A DNA stretch of 62,000 nt from Octopus vulgaris (taxonomy: Eukaryota): the NCBI GenBank assembly GCA_951406725.2, contig OX597814.1:169218001-169280000 (forward strand), written 5' to 3'. A program made the position numbers and the translations under genes. Shown here in pieces: positions 39,292 to 50,582 of this stretch. A model generated the notes under the pieces. That model had not been told where the DNA came from and did not search any database. It was given only the letters and a program-made list of their open reading frames with translations. Positions within the stretch are counted from its first letter, which is position 1. Each line of letters starts with the position of its first letter.

Positions 39292-39369
39292 GTTCGACCG
39301 AGGAGCTACAGATGAATTTATGTAAGTAAGATTACATAATTTATTAATAGCGAAACAATTGTCTCGAAC
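39292..39369 (+). ncRNA. Type I hammerhead motif (U4C core variant)
   Basis: gttcga CCGAGGA gcta...tagc GAAA c aatt GTC tcgaac: 6-bp stem I, G-C closed stem II, palindromic stem III. Confidence 0.65.
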
Positions 39370-39621
39370 TAATCTACATTTTGTTATGTTTATTTGCCCT
39401 GTTCATTTGTGCTGGTAGTAGTGCTAACTTTCATCGGAAACAATTTCTTTTGTGGCTGAAACCTTGCGGATCTATTTTTAGTGCTAGAGTAGACCACATG
39501 GTCACTCTCTTACATTTATGTATAAAATGTATCATAATCCGGGTCTTTTATGCACTAAGCCACTTGGTGGTAAATGGATGTACTATTAAATTAGTATCCA
39601 ATTTTATCACCCTTATCGGTT

Positions 39622-39662
<41 letters not shown>

Positions 39663-39704
39663 TACATATACACACACACACACACATATATATATATACA
39701 TATC

Positions 39705-40360
39705 ATCATCATCATCATCATCGTTTAGCATCTGCTTCCCATGCTAGCATGGGTTGGACGGTTCAACTGGGGTCTGGGAAGCCAGAAGGCTGCACCAGGC
39801 CCAGTCTGATCTGTCAATGTTTCTACGGCTGGATGCCCTTCCTAACGCCAACCACTCCGTGAGTGTAGTGGGTGCTTTTTACGTGCCAGACGAGGCTGGC
39901 AAACGGCCACAATCGGATGGTGCTCTTTATGTGCCACCAGCACGGGGGCCAGGCGAGACTGGCAACGGCCACGAATGGATGGTGCTTTTTACGTGCCATA
40001 TATATGTATATATGTATCATCATCATCATCATCATTATCCTCGTTTAACATCCGTTTTCCATGCTAGCATGGGTTGGACGGTTCGACCGGGGTCTGGAAA
40101 GCCAGGAGGCTGCTCCAGGCTCGAGTCTGTTCTGGCAGAGTTTCTACAGCTGGATGCCCTTCCCAACACCAACCACTCCATGAGTGTAGTGGGTGCTTTT
40201 TACGTACCACCAGCACAGATACCAGGCGAGGCTGGCAATGGCCACGATTGGTTGGTGCTTTTTACGTGCCACCGGCACGGAAGCCAATCAAAGGCAGCAC
40301 TGGCATCAGCCATGTTCGGATGGTGCTTCTTATGTGCCACCGGCACAGGTATCGCAGCTA
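39705..40360 (-). mobile_element. Two tandem S2 copies
   Basis: S2 motifs at 39705-40005 and 40020-40360. Confidence 0.8.
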
Positions 40361-40395
40361 CAATTTCCATATATATATATTTATATATATATATT

Positions 40396-40712
40396 TGAGA
40401 CCCACCTTCGGTCGTGATTGACCATGGGATTACACTTAGAAAGTTACCCTCCCAGGCACAAGTCTGGGCATGCAGTCACCCATGCATACCAGACTCCCCT
40501 CTCCACGCCACCAGTGTTATCCAGAGGAAAGGCAACAGCAGATACAGCTTGGCACCTGTGACGTCACAACTCATTTCAACAGCTGAGTGAACTGGAGCAA
40601 CATGAAATAAAGTGTCTTGCTCAAGAACACAACACGCAGCCTGGTCTGTGATTTGAATTCACAACCTCACAATCGTAAACTTGATGCTCTAACCACTGAG
40701 CCATGTGCCTTC
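40396..40712 (-). mobile_element. SINE S4 (tRNA head, CORE-like domain)
   Basis: Minus strand ggcacatggctcagtggttagagc...gtgttcttgagcaagacactttatttcatgttgctccag. Confidence 0.75.
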
Positions 40713-41268
40713 ACACACATATATATCATCATCATCATCATCATCATTTAACGTAAGTTTTCCATGTTGGTATGGGTTGAATGGTTTGACATGGAGCTGC
40801 CTAGCAAGGAGCTGTCCAGGTTCAAACTGTCTCTTGTGGCATGGTTTCTATGGCTTAACATCGTGACTTAACAGTGCAATGGATACTTTTCACATGTCAC
40901 CATGCCACTGGCAGGGGTGCGTTTATGCAGCACTGGCACAGGTGCATTAATGCAGTACTGACATGGGTGCTTTTTAAGTGCCACAGCTTGACATGTCTTA
41001 TCAAGTACAGCAGATTGCCTCATCTCCCGGTCCCTTGTCCTGTAAGTCCCTTATCTGGGCCTCAGTGAGGCCCAGCATCTGAAGATTCTTTCTCATCACT
41101 TCATTCCATATTTTCTTGGGTTTTACGAAGCCTCATATTCTCATTAATTGCTCGAAATCTTTCTTTATGTTACTTGTTTTGTTTTCCATTTATTTCTCTC
41201 ATTAGCATACCCAAGTTTGCCTTCATATTTCATGCTGTTTATGCTTTGTGACGTCCTGTACCCATATA

Positions 41269-41308
<40 letters not shown>

Positions 41309-41382
41309 TACATATACATGTAAGTATGTACATATATGTATGTATATATGCATATATATATATTTTATTTATTATTTATATC

Positions 41383-41427
<45 letters not shown>

Positions 41428-42259
41428 ATGTAGATAGACCACCCCGTACACAGGTACCCTCCACAATTAGAGCTCAGCATTCTTTTACACAGCTGTCCTC
41501 ATCCATGCGCACACTTCTTTATGCGCATAGATGAGGACAGCTAGTCCTCGTCCATATGCATATTTATGTATGGTGATGCAAACAGGAAAAATAGAGCTCA
41601 AAATATGAATATATGTATATTTTTATTAATATTCAACATAGGTAACAGAGCAACTGAAAGCCCGTGAATTTTATGTTGGCACTAGTGCCAATGTATGAAA
41701 CTCTCAGACCTTAAGTCGTACAGCAGAAATCCTTGTTTTACTGGCTATACATGTGTAAACCAACTAATATCTGCAGAATTCATTATCGTCACTATTGATT
41801 AACGTCTGTTTCCATGCTGGCATGGGTTGGGCAGTTTGACTGAGGTCTGGAAAGCCAGGGGCTGCACCAGGCTCCATCTGATCTGGCAACGTGTCTGCAG
41901 CTGGATGTCCTTCCTAACACTTATCACTCTGAGGGTGTAGTGGGTGTTTTTTTACGTGCCACTGGCACAGGAGTCAGTCAGGTAGGCCTGGCATTGATCA
42001 CGTTTGGAGTGCTTTTTTCATGTTACTAGCATGGGAGCCAGTCAGAGGGCACTGACATTGGCCATGTTCAGATGGTGCTTTTTACGTACCACTGGCATGG
42101 GAGGCTTTAAGACATGCAGGTACACAGTTATTGTTGATTCATATTAATGCAATAATGTGCATAATATGTGAAACACTCAGCAATTATCAGAGACATTTGT
42201 AGTGATTTGGCTTAAAGCCTGTTCATTCTATCATCTTGTATCCTAATTATATATACATA

Positions 42260-43094
42260 CAGGGAGCAATGGGTAAATTGTTGCCATTATATATTTTTAA
42301 TTTCGAGCATGTGCATTTTTTGTTTTTGATTTTACCGACTACACAGTATAGTAGAAAAACGTAATTCACTCTGCCAGAAATTTGGAAATGACATGCTGTA
42401 CTGCTTCACATTTGTGTCAGAAGCTCAAATTCAAACACTTCAGTATGTTGGGTGTCAATCTGAGTGACCAGAACATGTACTGAGATGGATAAAAATCAAA
42501 CATCCAGCCAACATCATGGTGTTAGGTGTGATCACTAGTGATGGCAACATTATACCTCCATTCATCTTCCCACACAGCCTCAGACCCAATACAGAGGCCT
42601 GCATTAAGTGCCTGGAGGAAGTAGTGCTGCCCTGGGTCAAGAGGGTGGTTGCTAGAAGACCCTATGTCTGGCAACAGGACTCTGCACCATGCCGCACAAG
42701 CTGGAGAACCCATTCATGGATGTCACACTATCTCTGCAACTACATCGCCCTTAACATCTGGCCAGCTAACTACCCAGACTGCTACCTACTTGATTATTAT
42801 GCGTGGGGCACAGTTGAGCAAGAGATCAACAAAACTCTTTATAACACCAAAGTTGAACTGAATGCAAGGATTATGGCAGCATTTACCAACTCAAACGAGG
42901 AAACTGTCCAGAACAGTTGCAGGAGATTCCAAAGTCATCTGGAGGCTATCAATGGCAATTTTATTGACTAAATTTACTCTTTAGTATTTCAAGATATTCT
43001 TATGTAATTTTGGTAAATATATCTGTTAAAATGAGATGTCAGTATTATTTTCATTTTTGCATAATTTAGATGACAATTCATTCACCACACCCAG
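42260..43094 (+). mobile_element. Tc1/mariner maT-type (DD37D) remnant
   Basis: ORF 42516-42971: WQQDSAPC...WPANYPDCYLLDYYAWG, 37 residues between the last two Asp; degenerate TIRs flanked by TA. Confidence 0.8.
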
Positions 43095-43109
43095 TATATA
43101 TATATTATT

Positions 43110-43500
43110 TTATTCTTTTATTTGTTTCAGTCATTTGACTGCAGCCATGCTGGAGCACCACCTTGAAGGAATTTAGTTGAACAAATCGACCCAGGACTAA
43201 TTTTTTTAAAGCTTAGTACTTATTCTATCGATATCTTTTGTTGAACTGCTAAGTTACAGGGATGTAAACACAGCAACACTAGGTATCAAGCGATGATGGG
43301 GAGACAAACACAGACCCAAAGATACACACACACACATATGATGGGCTTTTTTCAGTTTCCATTTACCAAATCCACTTACAAGGCTTTGGTCAGCCCGAGG
43401 CAATAGTAGAAGGCACTTGCCCAAGATGCTACGCAGTGGGACTGAACCTGGAACCACGTGGTTGGGAAGCAAGCTTCTTACCACACAGCCATGCCTGCAC
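43110..43500 (-). mobile_element. SINE S1, full length
   Basis: S1 head and tail motifs. Confidence 0.85.
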
Positions 43501-43719
43501 CTATATTCATGTATATATAGTAAGTCAGTAGAGTATAATTTGAGGGAGATTCGGTTGCTGTTTCTTCAAGGGTGAGCAACTGTGAGGCTCCCTCAGTAGC
43601 TCATTTTAATTCATATTTTCCCAGTAGTTATTAAATTGCAGCCGTTTAAACAAAATAAACATCAGGCCTATCATTCTATCCTCACCAGACTGGTAGGACC
43701 AGCAATGTATGCTAAGCCT

Positions 43720-44150
43720 CTCATTTTCCCCCTCCACCCCTCTCCTCCTCCTTCTTTGTCTTCTGCTTTCATTCTTCTTTACTTCTTTTTCAATCTTCTT
43801 TCAATCTCCTTTTAATCTTCTCTCTATCTTCTTTTAATCTTCTTCCATTCTTCTTCTTCTTCTTCTTCTTCTTCTTCTTCTTCTTCTTTTTCTCCTCCTC
43901 CTCCTTCTCTTCTTCTTCTTCTTTCATTCTTCTTCTTCTTCTTCTTCTTCCTTCATTCTTTCTTCTTCTCCTCCTCCTCCTCCTTTTCTTCTTCTTCTTC
44001 TTCTTCTTCTTCTTCTTCTTCTTCTTCTTCTTCTTCTTCTTCTTTCATTCTTTCATTCTTCTTTCATTCTTCTTTCTTCTTTCTTCTTTCTTTGATTCTT
44101 CTTTCTTCTTTCTTCCTTCAGTCTTCGCTTCTTTCATCCTTCTTTCGTTC
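43720..44150. repeat. (TTC)n/(TCC)n low-complexity tract
   Basis: Direct reading. Confidence 0.95.
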
Positions 44151-45573
44151 ATTCAATCTGACACTCGGGTCCAATTAAACAACAGACGAAAAGCATTAAA
44201 ATTTCCCCCTTTCATGTTGCAATGTTTTTTTTTTATTCACATATCAGTTTTTATACCTATGCACATGCTGATCACACACACGCATACGCACACACACACA
44301 CACAAACACACACACACAGCACACACACACATGTATACATGCTCATGCATTCATGCATATATATATATATATATATATAAAACAATCTAAGACTTAGGGA
44401 GATACCTCAGTAAAAGAGAAGAAAATTGATTTTCACAGAGGAGTTTTTCTCACCGAAGCAAGAGTTGTATGTAAAGTGCATATGGTAGTCTGTGTAACGG
44501 AAGCACAATTATCTGTGACTGAAGAGAAAATTATCGTTTTATAAGCCAGACTGACATACAGTAAGGACTAGATGGAATAAGGGTGGGAGTCATTGTTTTA
44601 CTATAGATATTTGTAAGTATAATGGATATTTAAGCTCAACATGTTGAAGAAATTGAGAGAAAGAAGAAGGGGAAATATAGAGGAGGGAGATAGAGATAGA
44701 GATAGAGAGAGAGACAGACAGAGATAGAGGAAAAGGAAAAGGAAAGATCTATGGTTGTTTTGTACAAGAACCATGTCAAAGAGGAAGCGGGAGAGAAGAG
44801 TAAAGTGAGAGCGAGGGAGAGGGAGGAGAGATGGAGAGTCAGACAAAAGGAAGTCAAGATTAAAGCTTTCAGTGTTTTTATTATACTTTGAAAATTTGAT
44901 ATCAGTATTAAGATAAATAAATAATTCCTGTTGAGATTATGGCATCAATGAAGTAAAACTAAATAAAACAAGATTACGAGACATGAAAGAACACACAAAC
45001 ACACACACGTGTGCATGTGCGCACATATGCACAATAATCACACTTAAGTTTAGAAGGTAATTACAGCACATTTCTTGTATATTTTTCTAAAAGTAACAAT
45101 GTTTATTTTCCAGTTGCTTCTTTCAAGTAAACAAATGAGCAGTGGGATAGCTAGACTGTGTGCCTCTCAGAGCAGCACTTGAGTATTTTCCCTACCCACA
45201 ACTGTGCCAATATAGCCTATACAGGCTTAGACAGCAGGCCTAAAAGTATTGCTTGAGGTGAAAGACCTTTGCTCCACAACTATATATAAGCCTTACAGGA
45301 GTGGCTGTGTGGTAAGTAGTTTGCTTACTAACCACATGGTTCTGAGTTCAGTTCCACTGTGTGGCATGGTGGGTAAGTGTCTTCTACTATAGCCTTGGGC
45401 TCTGTGAGTGGATTTGGTATATAGAAACTGAAAGAAGCCCGTAATATATATATATATATACATATATATATACCAGAGTAAGCACATAAATGCAAAACAA
45501 GGTGGAAAAAATGAAACTGGAATACCAGAGGTAGAGTAATATGCTTTATTGAAAAGCACCAGAAATATTACAA

Positions 45574-45617
45574 AAACTGTTACTCAGAGTTTCATGTTCC
45601 CGTTCGTCAGACAGTTT
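45574..45617 (-). ncRNA. Minimal type I hammerhead ribozyme motif
   Basis: Minus strand aaactgt CTGACGA acg ggaa cat GAAA ctc t gaGTA acagttt: 7-bp stem I, GNRA-capped stem II with one C-A mismatch. Confidence 0.7.
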
Positions 45618-45682
45618 ATCTCTCTCTCTATCTCTCTCTCTCTCCTCTACATTTCCCCTCTTCTTTCTCTCTATTTCTTCAA

Positions 45683-45888
45683 CATATTTGGTACTACCTC
45701 CGAGATCTGCACCCGCAGTTGGCTTCACCTGGGCTCGTGCTCGCAGCTTGCATGCACGCCACGGTGCCCTCCTACTTGACCGGGCATCGGAAAGTCGCCT
45801 TGCCAGCGATCGCGCAACCTGTTGCCTGGCCGGTCCGGCATCGGTTGCTCGCTCCAGCGCCATCCACTTTCGTGGCCAGTCGATTCGG
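45683..45888 (-). pseudogene. 28S rRNA fragment
   Basis: Minus strand ccgaatcgactggcc.cgaaagtggatggcgctggagcg ... gggtgcagatctcggaggtagtaccaaatat matches two conserved LSU rRNA blocks (gaaaatggatggcgctggagcg; gtgcagatcttggtggtagtagcaaata); about 200 bp only. Confidence 0.85.
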
Positions 45889-46129
45889 TACACTGCACAT
45901 GTAGTTCAAGAAATAAACTTTAGTGCACATTGTGTCAAATTAAATCTGCTTGAATATCATGAAGGGCTATGTGGTTAAGAAACTTGTGGCTTTGTGGTTA
46001 AGACACCAGTATGGCCACAGTCTAATGACTGAAACAAGTAAAAGATGAAAATAGAAAAATTAAACCGGATACAAGATTCATCATGTGTGTGTGTGGGGGG
46101 GTGTAATTTCAGTCATTTTAATCTTCTTT

Positions 46130-46550
46130 CATTCTTCTTCTTCTTCTTCTTCTTCTTCTTCTCCTCCTCCTTCTTCTTCTTCTCCTCCTCCTCCTTCCCC
46201 TTCCCCTTTTCTTCTTCTTCTTCTTCTTCTTCTTCTTCTTCTTCCCCTTCCCCCTTTTCTTCTTCTTCTCCCTTTTCTCCCTTTTCTCCTCCTCCTCCTT
46301 CTCCCTTTCTTCTTCTTCTTCTTCTTCTTCTTCTTCTTCTTCTTCTCCTCCGCCTCCTCCTCCTCCTCCTCCTCCTCATTCTTCTTCTTTTTCTTCCTCC
46401 TCCTCCTCCTCCTCTCCCCCTCCCCTCCCTCCCCCTTCCCCTCCCCTCCCCTCCCCCTGCCCCTCCCCCTGCCCCTGCCCCTCCCCCCTTCTTCTTCTTC
46501 TTCTTCTTCTTCTTCTTCTTCTTCTTCTTCTTCTTCCTCCTCCTCTTCCT
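46130..46550. repeat. (TTC/CTC)n low-complexity tract
   Basis: Direct reading. Confidence 0.95.
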
Positions 46551-46884
46551 TTGAATTTGCTGCAGAAAGTTGGTCTATGTTTGTGGTGATGGGGAATGGT
46601 GGTGGTGGTGGTGGTAGGGAGTGCTAGGAGTGCTCAAAGCCATTACCAGCTCTTCATGACTGATGAGGTTCATGCAGGTAATGTTTAACTCGAACATCTA
46701 TAAATTGATGATGCCTGCAGGAAAGAAATATGTGAACGAAGAAAAGGAATCCAGGGGAAAACTCTTTTAGATGTGGGGAGGTCTAAGTGTCAGGAGGATG
46801 TTGTGAGGATGTGACAGGAAGACGAAAGACAGATGGAGCTAGTGGTGCACGACTTTCTACTTCAGGAGAATAGTAAGTTTTATA

Positions 46885-47373
46885 TATTTCTTTACTACCC
46901 ACAAGGGGCTAAACACAGAAGGGATAAACAAAGACAGACAAATGGATTAAGTTGATTATATCGACCCCAGTGTATAGGGTGGCGAGCTGGCAGAAACGTT
47001 AGCGCACTGGGTGAAATGCTTAGCGGTATTTCGTCTGTCGTTACCTTCTGAGTTCAAATTCCGCCGAGGTCAACTTTGCCTTTCATCCTTTCGGGGTCGA
47101 TAAATAAAGTACCAGTTTCGCACTGGGGTCGATGTAATTGACTTAATCCCTTTGTCTGTCCTTGTTTGTCCCCTCTATGTTTAGCCCCTTGTGGGTAGTA
47201 AAGAAATATATATCGACCCCAGTGTGTAACTGGTACTTATTTGATCGACCCCGAAAGTATGGAAGGCAAACCTCAACCTCGGCGGAACTTGAACTCAGAA
47301 TGTAGCGGCAGACGAAATACTGCTGAATATTTCGCCCGGCATGCTAACGTTTCTGCTAGCTCACCGCCCTTAT
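46885..47373 (-). mobile_element. SINE S3 (outer), 20-bp TSD
   Basis: ggagaatagtaagttttata at 46865-46884 and 47374-47393. Confidence 0.9.
46974..47208 (+). mobile_element. SINE S3 (inner, full length), 17-bp TSD
   Basis: tatatcgaccccagtgt at 46957-46973 and 47209-47225; A box tggcgagctgg, B box gagttcaaattcc. Confidence 0.9.
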
Positions 47374-47669
47374 GGAGAATAGTAAGTTTTATAGTAATGG
47401 TAGAAGAGACAAAGGCACGGACCAGTCTGTTGAGGTTGGAGGTTTATGAATCTATGGTCAGTCTTTCCTTTGCCTTGATGTTGTTTATCCCCAGGCCAGC
47501 TCTTATCTAAGGAATTTATTGCCAAAGATGTTCCATCTACGACTATCATATCTTTTATTATAATACACTATATCCAGAGCTACATTACTCATTTGGTCCC
47601 ATTTTTTTGTTTGTTTTTGTAATCTAATAGGGATGATTAAGGTGGTGAGCTGACAGAGTCGTTAGTATA

Positions 47670-48400
47670 CTCTTTACTCTTTTACTCTTTTATTTGTTTC
47701 AGTCATGTGACTGTGGCCATGCTGGAGCACCACCTTTGGTCGAGCAAATTGACCCCAGGACTTATTATTTGTAAACCTAGTACTTATTCTATCGATCTCT
47801 TTTTTGCCAAACTGCTAAGTTACAGGGACATAAACACACCAGCATCGGTTGTCAAGCGATGTTGGGGGGACAAACACAGACCCGGTGCCAGTGACATGTA
47901 AAAAGCACCATCCGAACGTGGCAGATGCCAGCGCCGCCTGACTGGCATCTGTGTCGGTGACATGTAAAAGCACCAACCGATTGTGGCCGTTTGCCAGCTT
48001 CCTCTGGCTCCTGTGCCGGTGGCACGTAAAAATCACCCACTACACTCACAGAGTGGTTGGCATTAGGAAGGGCATCCATCTGTAGAAACACTGGCAGATC
48101 AGACTGGAGCCTGGTGCAGCCTCCTGGCTTCCCAGACCCTGGTCGAACCATCCAACTCATGCTAGCATGGAAAACGGACGTTAAACGATGATGATGATGA
48201 CAATGATGATGATACACATATATATATATACATATATACGATGGGCTTCTTTCAGTTTCCGTTTACCAAATCCACTCACAAGGCTTTGGTCGGTCCAAGG
48301 ATATAGTAGAAAACACTTGCCCAAGGTGCCACGCAGTGGGACCAAACCCGGAACCATGTGGTTCATAAGCAAGCTACTTACCACAAAACCACTCCTACGC
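47670..48400 (-). mobile_element. SINE S1 with an S2 copy (47881-48205, +) in its centre
   Basis: S1 tail 47670-47880, S1 head 48235-48400. Confidence 0.8.
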
Positions 48401-49519
48401 CTGCTTAGCGACATTTCATCTGTCTTCACATTCTGAGTTCAAATTCTGCTGTGGCTGACTTTGCTCTTCATCTTTTGGAGACAATAAAATAAATACCAGC
48501 TGAGCACTGGGGTCAGTTTAAGACTTACCCCTTGCAACTGCTGGCTCTGTACCAACATTTGAAGCCAGTATAATGGGAATGATTTAGAATTGATTGCTAT
48601 TTTTATCAGGATGAATGATCATACAGTTCTTGGCTTGTTTTAGCCTTATATTATGGTGTAGGTGAGTTAATGCAACTTAGAATCTTTGTGACATGAGCAG
48701 CTGTGTTCTGAATAAAATATATGAACTTTTCTTTATCCTATAACAATGATAGCTACTAATTTCTCTGTTAGAAAGGAAATAGCATGTTGATAGCAATAAA
48801 TTGATCCTATCTAGATAGAGAGAATAAATATACAAGCACAAAAATAACAAACAACAAATATTATCATAAAAAAGATAGCATCAGTTTTCTATAAGTAATT
48901 TTTAGAAAGAATTTTGGAATTTATTTCATATATGTTTGTGTGTGTGTGCTTGTGTGCAAGCACAAGCATGGCTTTGTGGTGAGAAGTTTGCTTCCCAACC
49001 ACATGGTTTCAAGTTCATTCCTACTGTGTGGCACCTTGTGCATGGGTCTTCTATTATGTCCTTGAGCTGGCCAAGCCGTGTGAATTTGGTAGATGGAAAC
49101 TGAAAGAAGCTTGTCATGTATATATTTTTATGGTTATATACTGTTAAGAACATAGCATACAGTATAAAGCTTGTCTACCTTCAGAGTTCACACTGTGCTA
49201 TCCGGTAGTAGTATTATATGTACTTCTAGATATGTATTTGGGCTTCTGTCCAACCATACTCCTTCTTGTTGACTCCATCTTATTCAATTATATATATATA
49301 ATATAATATATATAATAATATTATATATATATAATATAATTAGGGCTTAGTAAAATAAATTACTTCGCCACATACTGAACTTAATAGAAATAGCAGCCAA
49401 AAAAATTTTTTTAGCCATTTCTACTACTTAAAGAAAATTTCTCTCAGATAATGTTTACTCAAGATAACTCACGAAGGTATGGAGGTAAATACAGAAAAAT
49501 ATCACAAGTACAAAGATCG

Positions 49520-49582
49520 TTTGAGAACGTCAACGTTTCTAGATTAGCCAAATAAAATCAGCATTTCTTTCGTCAGCTCAAA
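49520..49582 (-). ncRNA. Mirror hammerhead motif in the left arm of palindrome C
   Basis: Reverse complement of 49851-49913. Confidence 0.6.
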
Positions 49583-49850
49583 ATTTCTTAATTTGGATTT
49601 GGAAACACTAAAAAGAAAGAACTTTACCTCTCGGTAATTCATTTCTCTCTGTCATACTGCCTCGGTTCTCGCGGTTAAAATATAATGTTTGCTAGATAGA
49701 CCACGTGGGTGGAAGAGGAGTGCAGGAATTTACGCTTGCGCATTTTGAATTTGTTAGCACTGGCAGTTTGAGCTGGTTCATCTGAGGTGATAAGTTCGCC
49801 GAGAGGTAAAGTTCTTTCTTTTTAGTGTTTCCAAATCCAAATTAAGAAAT

Positions 49851-49913
49851 TTTGAGCTGACGAAAGAAATGCTGATTTTATTTGGCTAATCTAGAAACGT
49901 TGACGTTCTCAAA
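49851..49913 (+). ncRNA. Type I hammerhead motif
   Basis: tttgag CTGACGA a aga...tct a GAAA cgttgac GTT ctcaaa: 6-bp stem I, quasi-palindromic stem III. Confidence 0.6.
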
Positions 49914-50316
49914 CGATCTTTGTACTTGTGATATTTTTCTGTATTTACCTCCATACCTTCGTGAGTTATCTTGAGTAAACATTATCTGAGAGAAATTTTC
50001 TTTAAGTAGTAGAAATGGCTAAAAAATTTTTTTTGGCTGCTATTTCTATTAAGTTCAGTATGTGGCAAAGTAATTTATTTTACTAAGCCCTAATTATATA
50101 ATGTAATATTTTGAATTCGCCTTAAATGGTCCTTTTACATACTGAACACTTGGTGAAATTGATTAATTAATTTTACCCTCAATTGTTGATATATATATAT
50201 ATATATATAGAAATTCGGGGTGAGTACTTGATAATTATAAGCACCTGTGTATACCGTTTGGTGGTGTAGGTGGTGGAGTAAATTGATCAAAATAAAAACA
50301 TGATGCCAAGGATTCA

Positions 50317-50394
50317 GCGGTACATATGTTTCGGGCCTTTATTAGACAGATTTATAACAATGCATAATGTATGTCTGTGGCCTTCTTCAGCCGC
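50317..50394 (-). ncRNA. Mirror hammerhead motif in the left arm of palindrome D
   Basis: Exact reverse complement of 50436-50513. Confidence 0.7.
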
Positions 50395-50435
50395 GCACAA
50401 CAGCGTAACACATGTCCTTGTGGAAGCTGTTGTGC

Positions 50436-50513
50436 GCGGCTGAAGAAGGCCACAGACATACATTATGCATTGTTATAAATCTGTCTAATAAAGGCCCGAA
50501 ACATATGTACCGC
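50436..50513 (+). ncRNA. Type I hammerhead motif
   Basis: gcgg CTGAAGA a ggcc...ggccc GAAA c atat GTA ccgc; palindromic stem III acatatgt. Confidence 0.7.
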
Positions 50514-50544
50514 TGAATCCTTGGCATCATGTTTTTATTTTGAT

Positions 50545-50573
<29 letters not shown>

Positions 50574-50582
<9 letters not shown>

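Larger units (their letters stand above)
46620..47560 (-). mobile_element. CR1/Jockey-like LINE C-terminal remnant interrupted by S3 SINEs
   Basis: After removing the SINE the minus strand reads CLCLFYHYYKTYYSPEVESRAP, resembling the LSLFYRYY...S.EL motif of these LINEs. Confidence 0.45.
49334..50187. mobile_element. Palindrome C: ~301-bp arms, 164-bp spacer, 3' tail to (TA)n
   Basis: 49334-49634 is the reverse complement of 49799-50099 apart from about 3 small differences. Confidence 0.9.
50210..50548. mobile_element. Palindrome D: perfect 123-bp arms, 21-bp spacer, tail 50210-50281, (TA)n-flanked
   Basis: 50282-50404 is the exact reverse complement of 50426-50548. Confidence 0.9.

Noticed and set aside
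45683-45888. Functional rRNA gene
   Set aside because: Only about 200 bp, no flanking rDNA, and substitutions in conserved blocks.
45546-45978. GC-rich ORFs on both strands
   Set aside because: Shadow translations of the 28S rRNA fragment (for example GADLGGSTKY).
46660-46700. CTGATGAG...ctcgaac as a hammerhead
   Set aside because: GAAC instead of GAAA, no stems I or III, and it lies in a LINE remnant.
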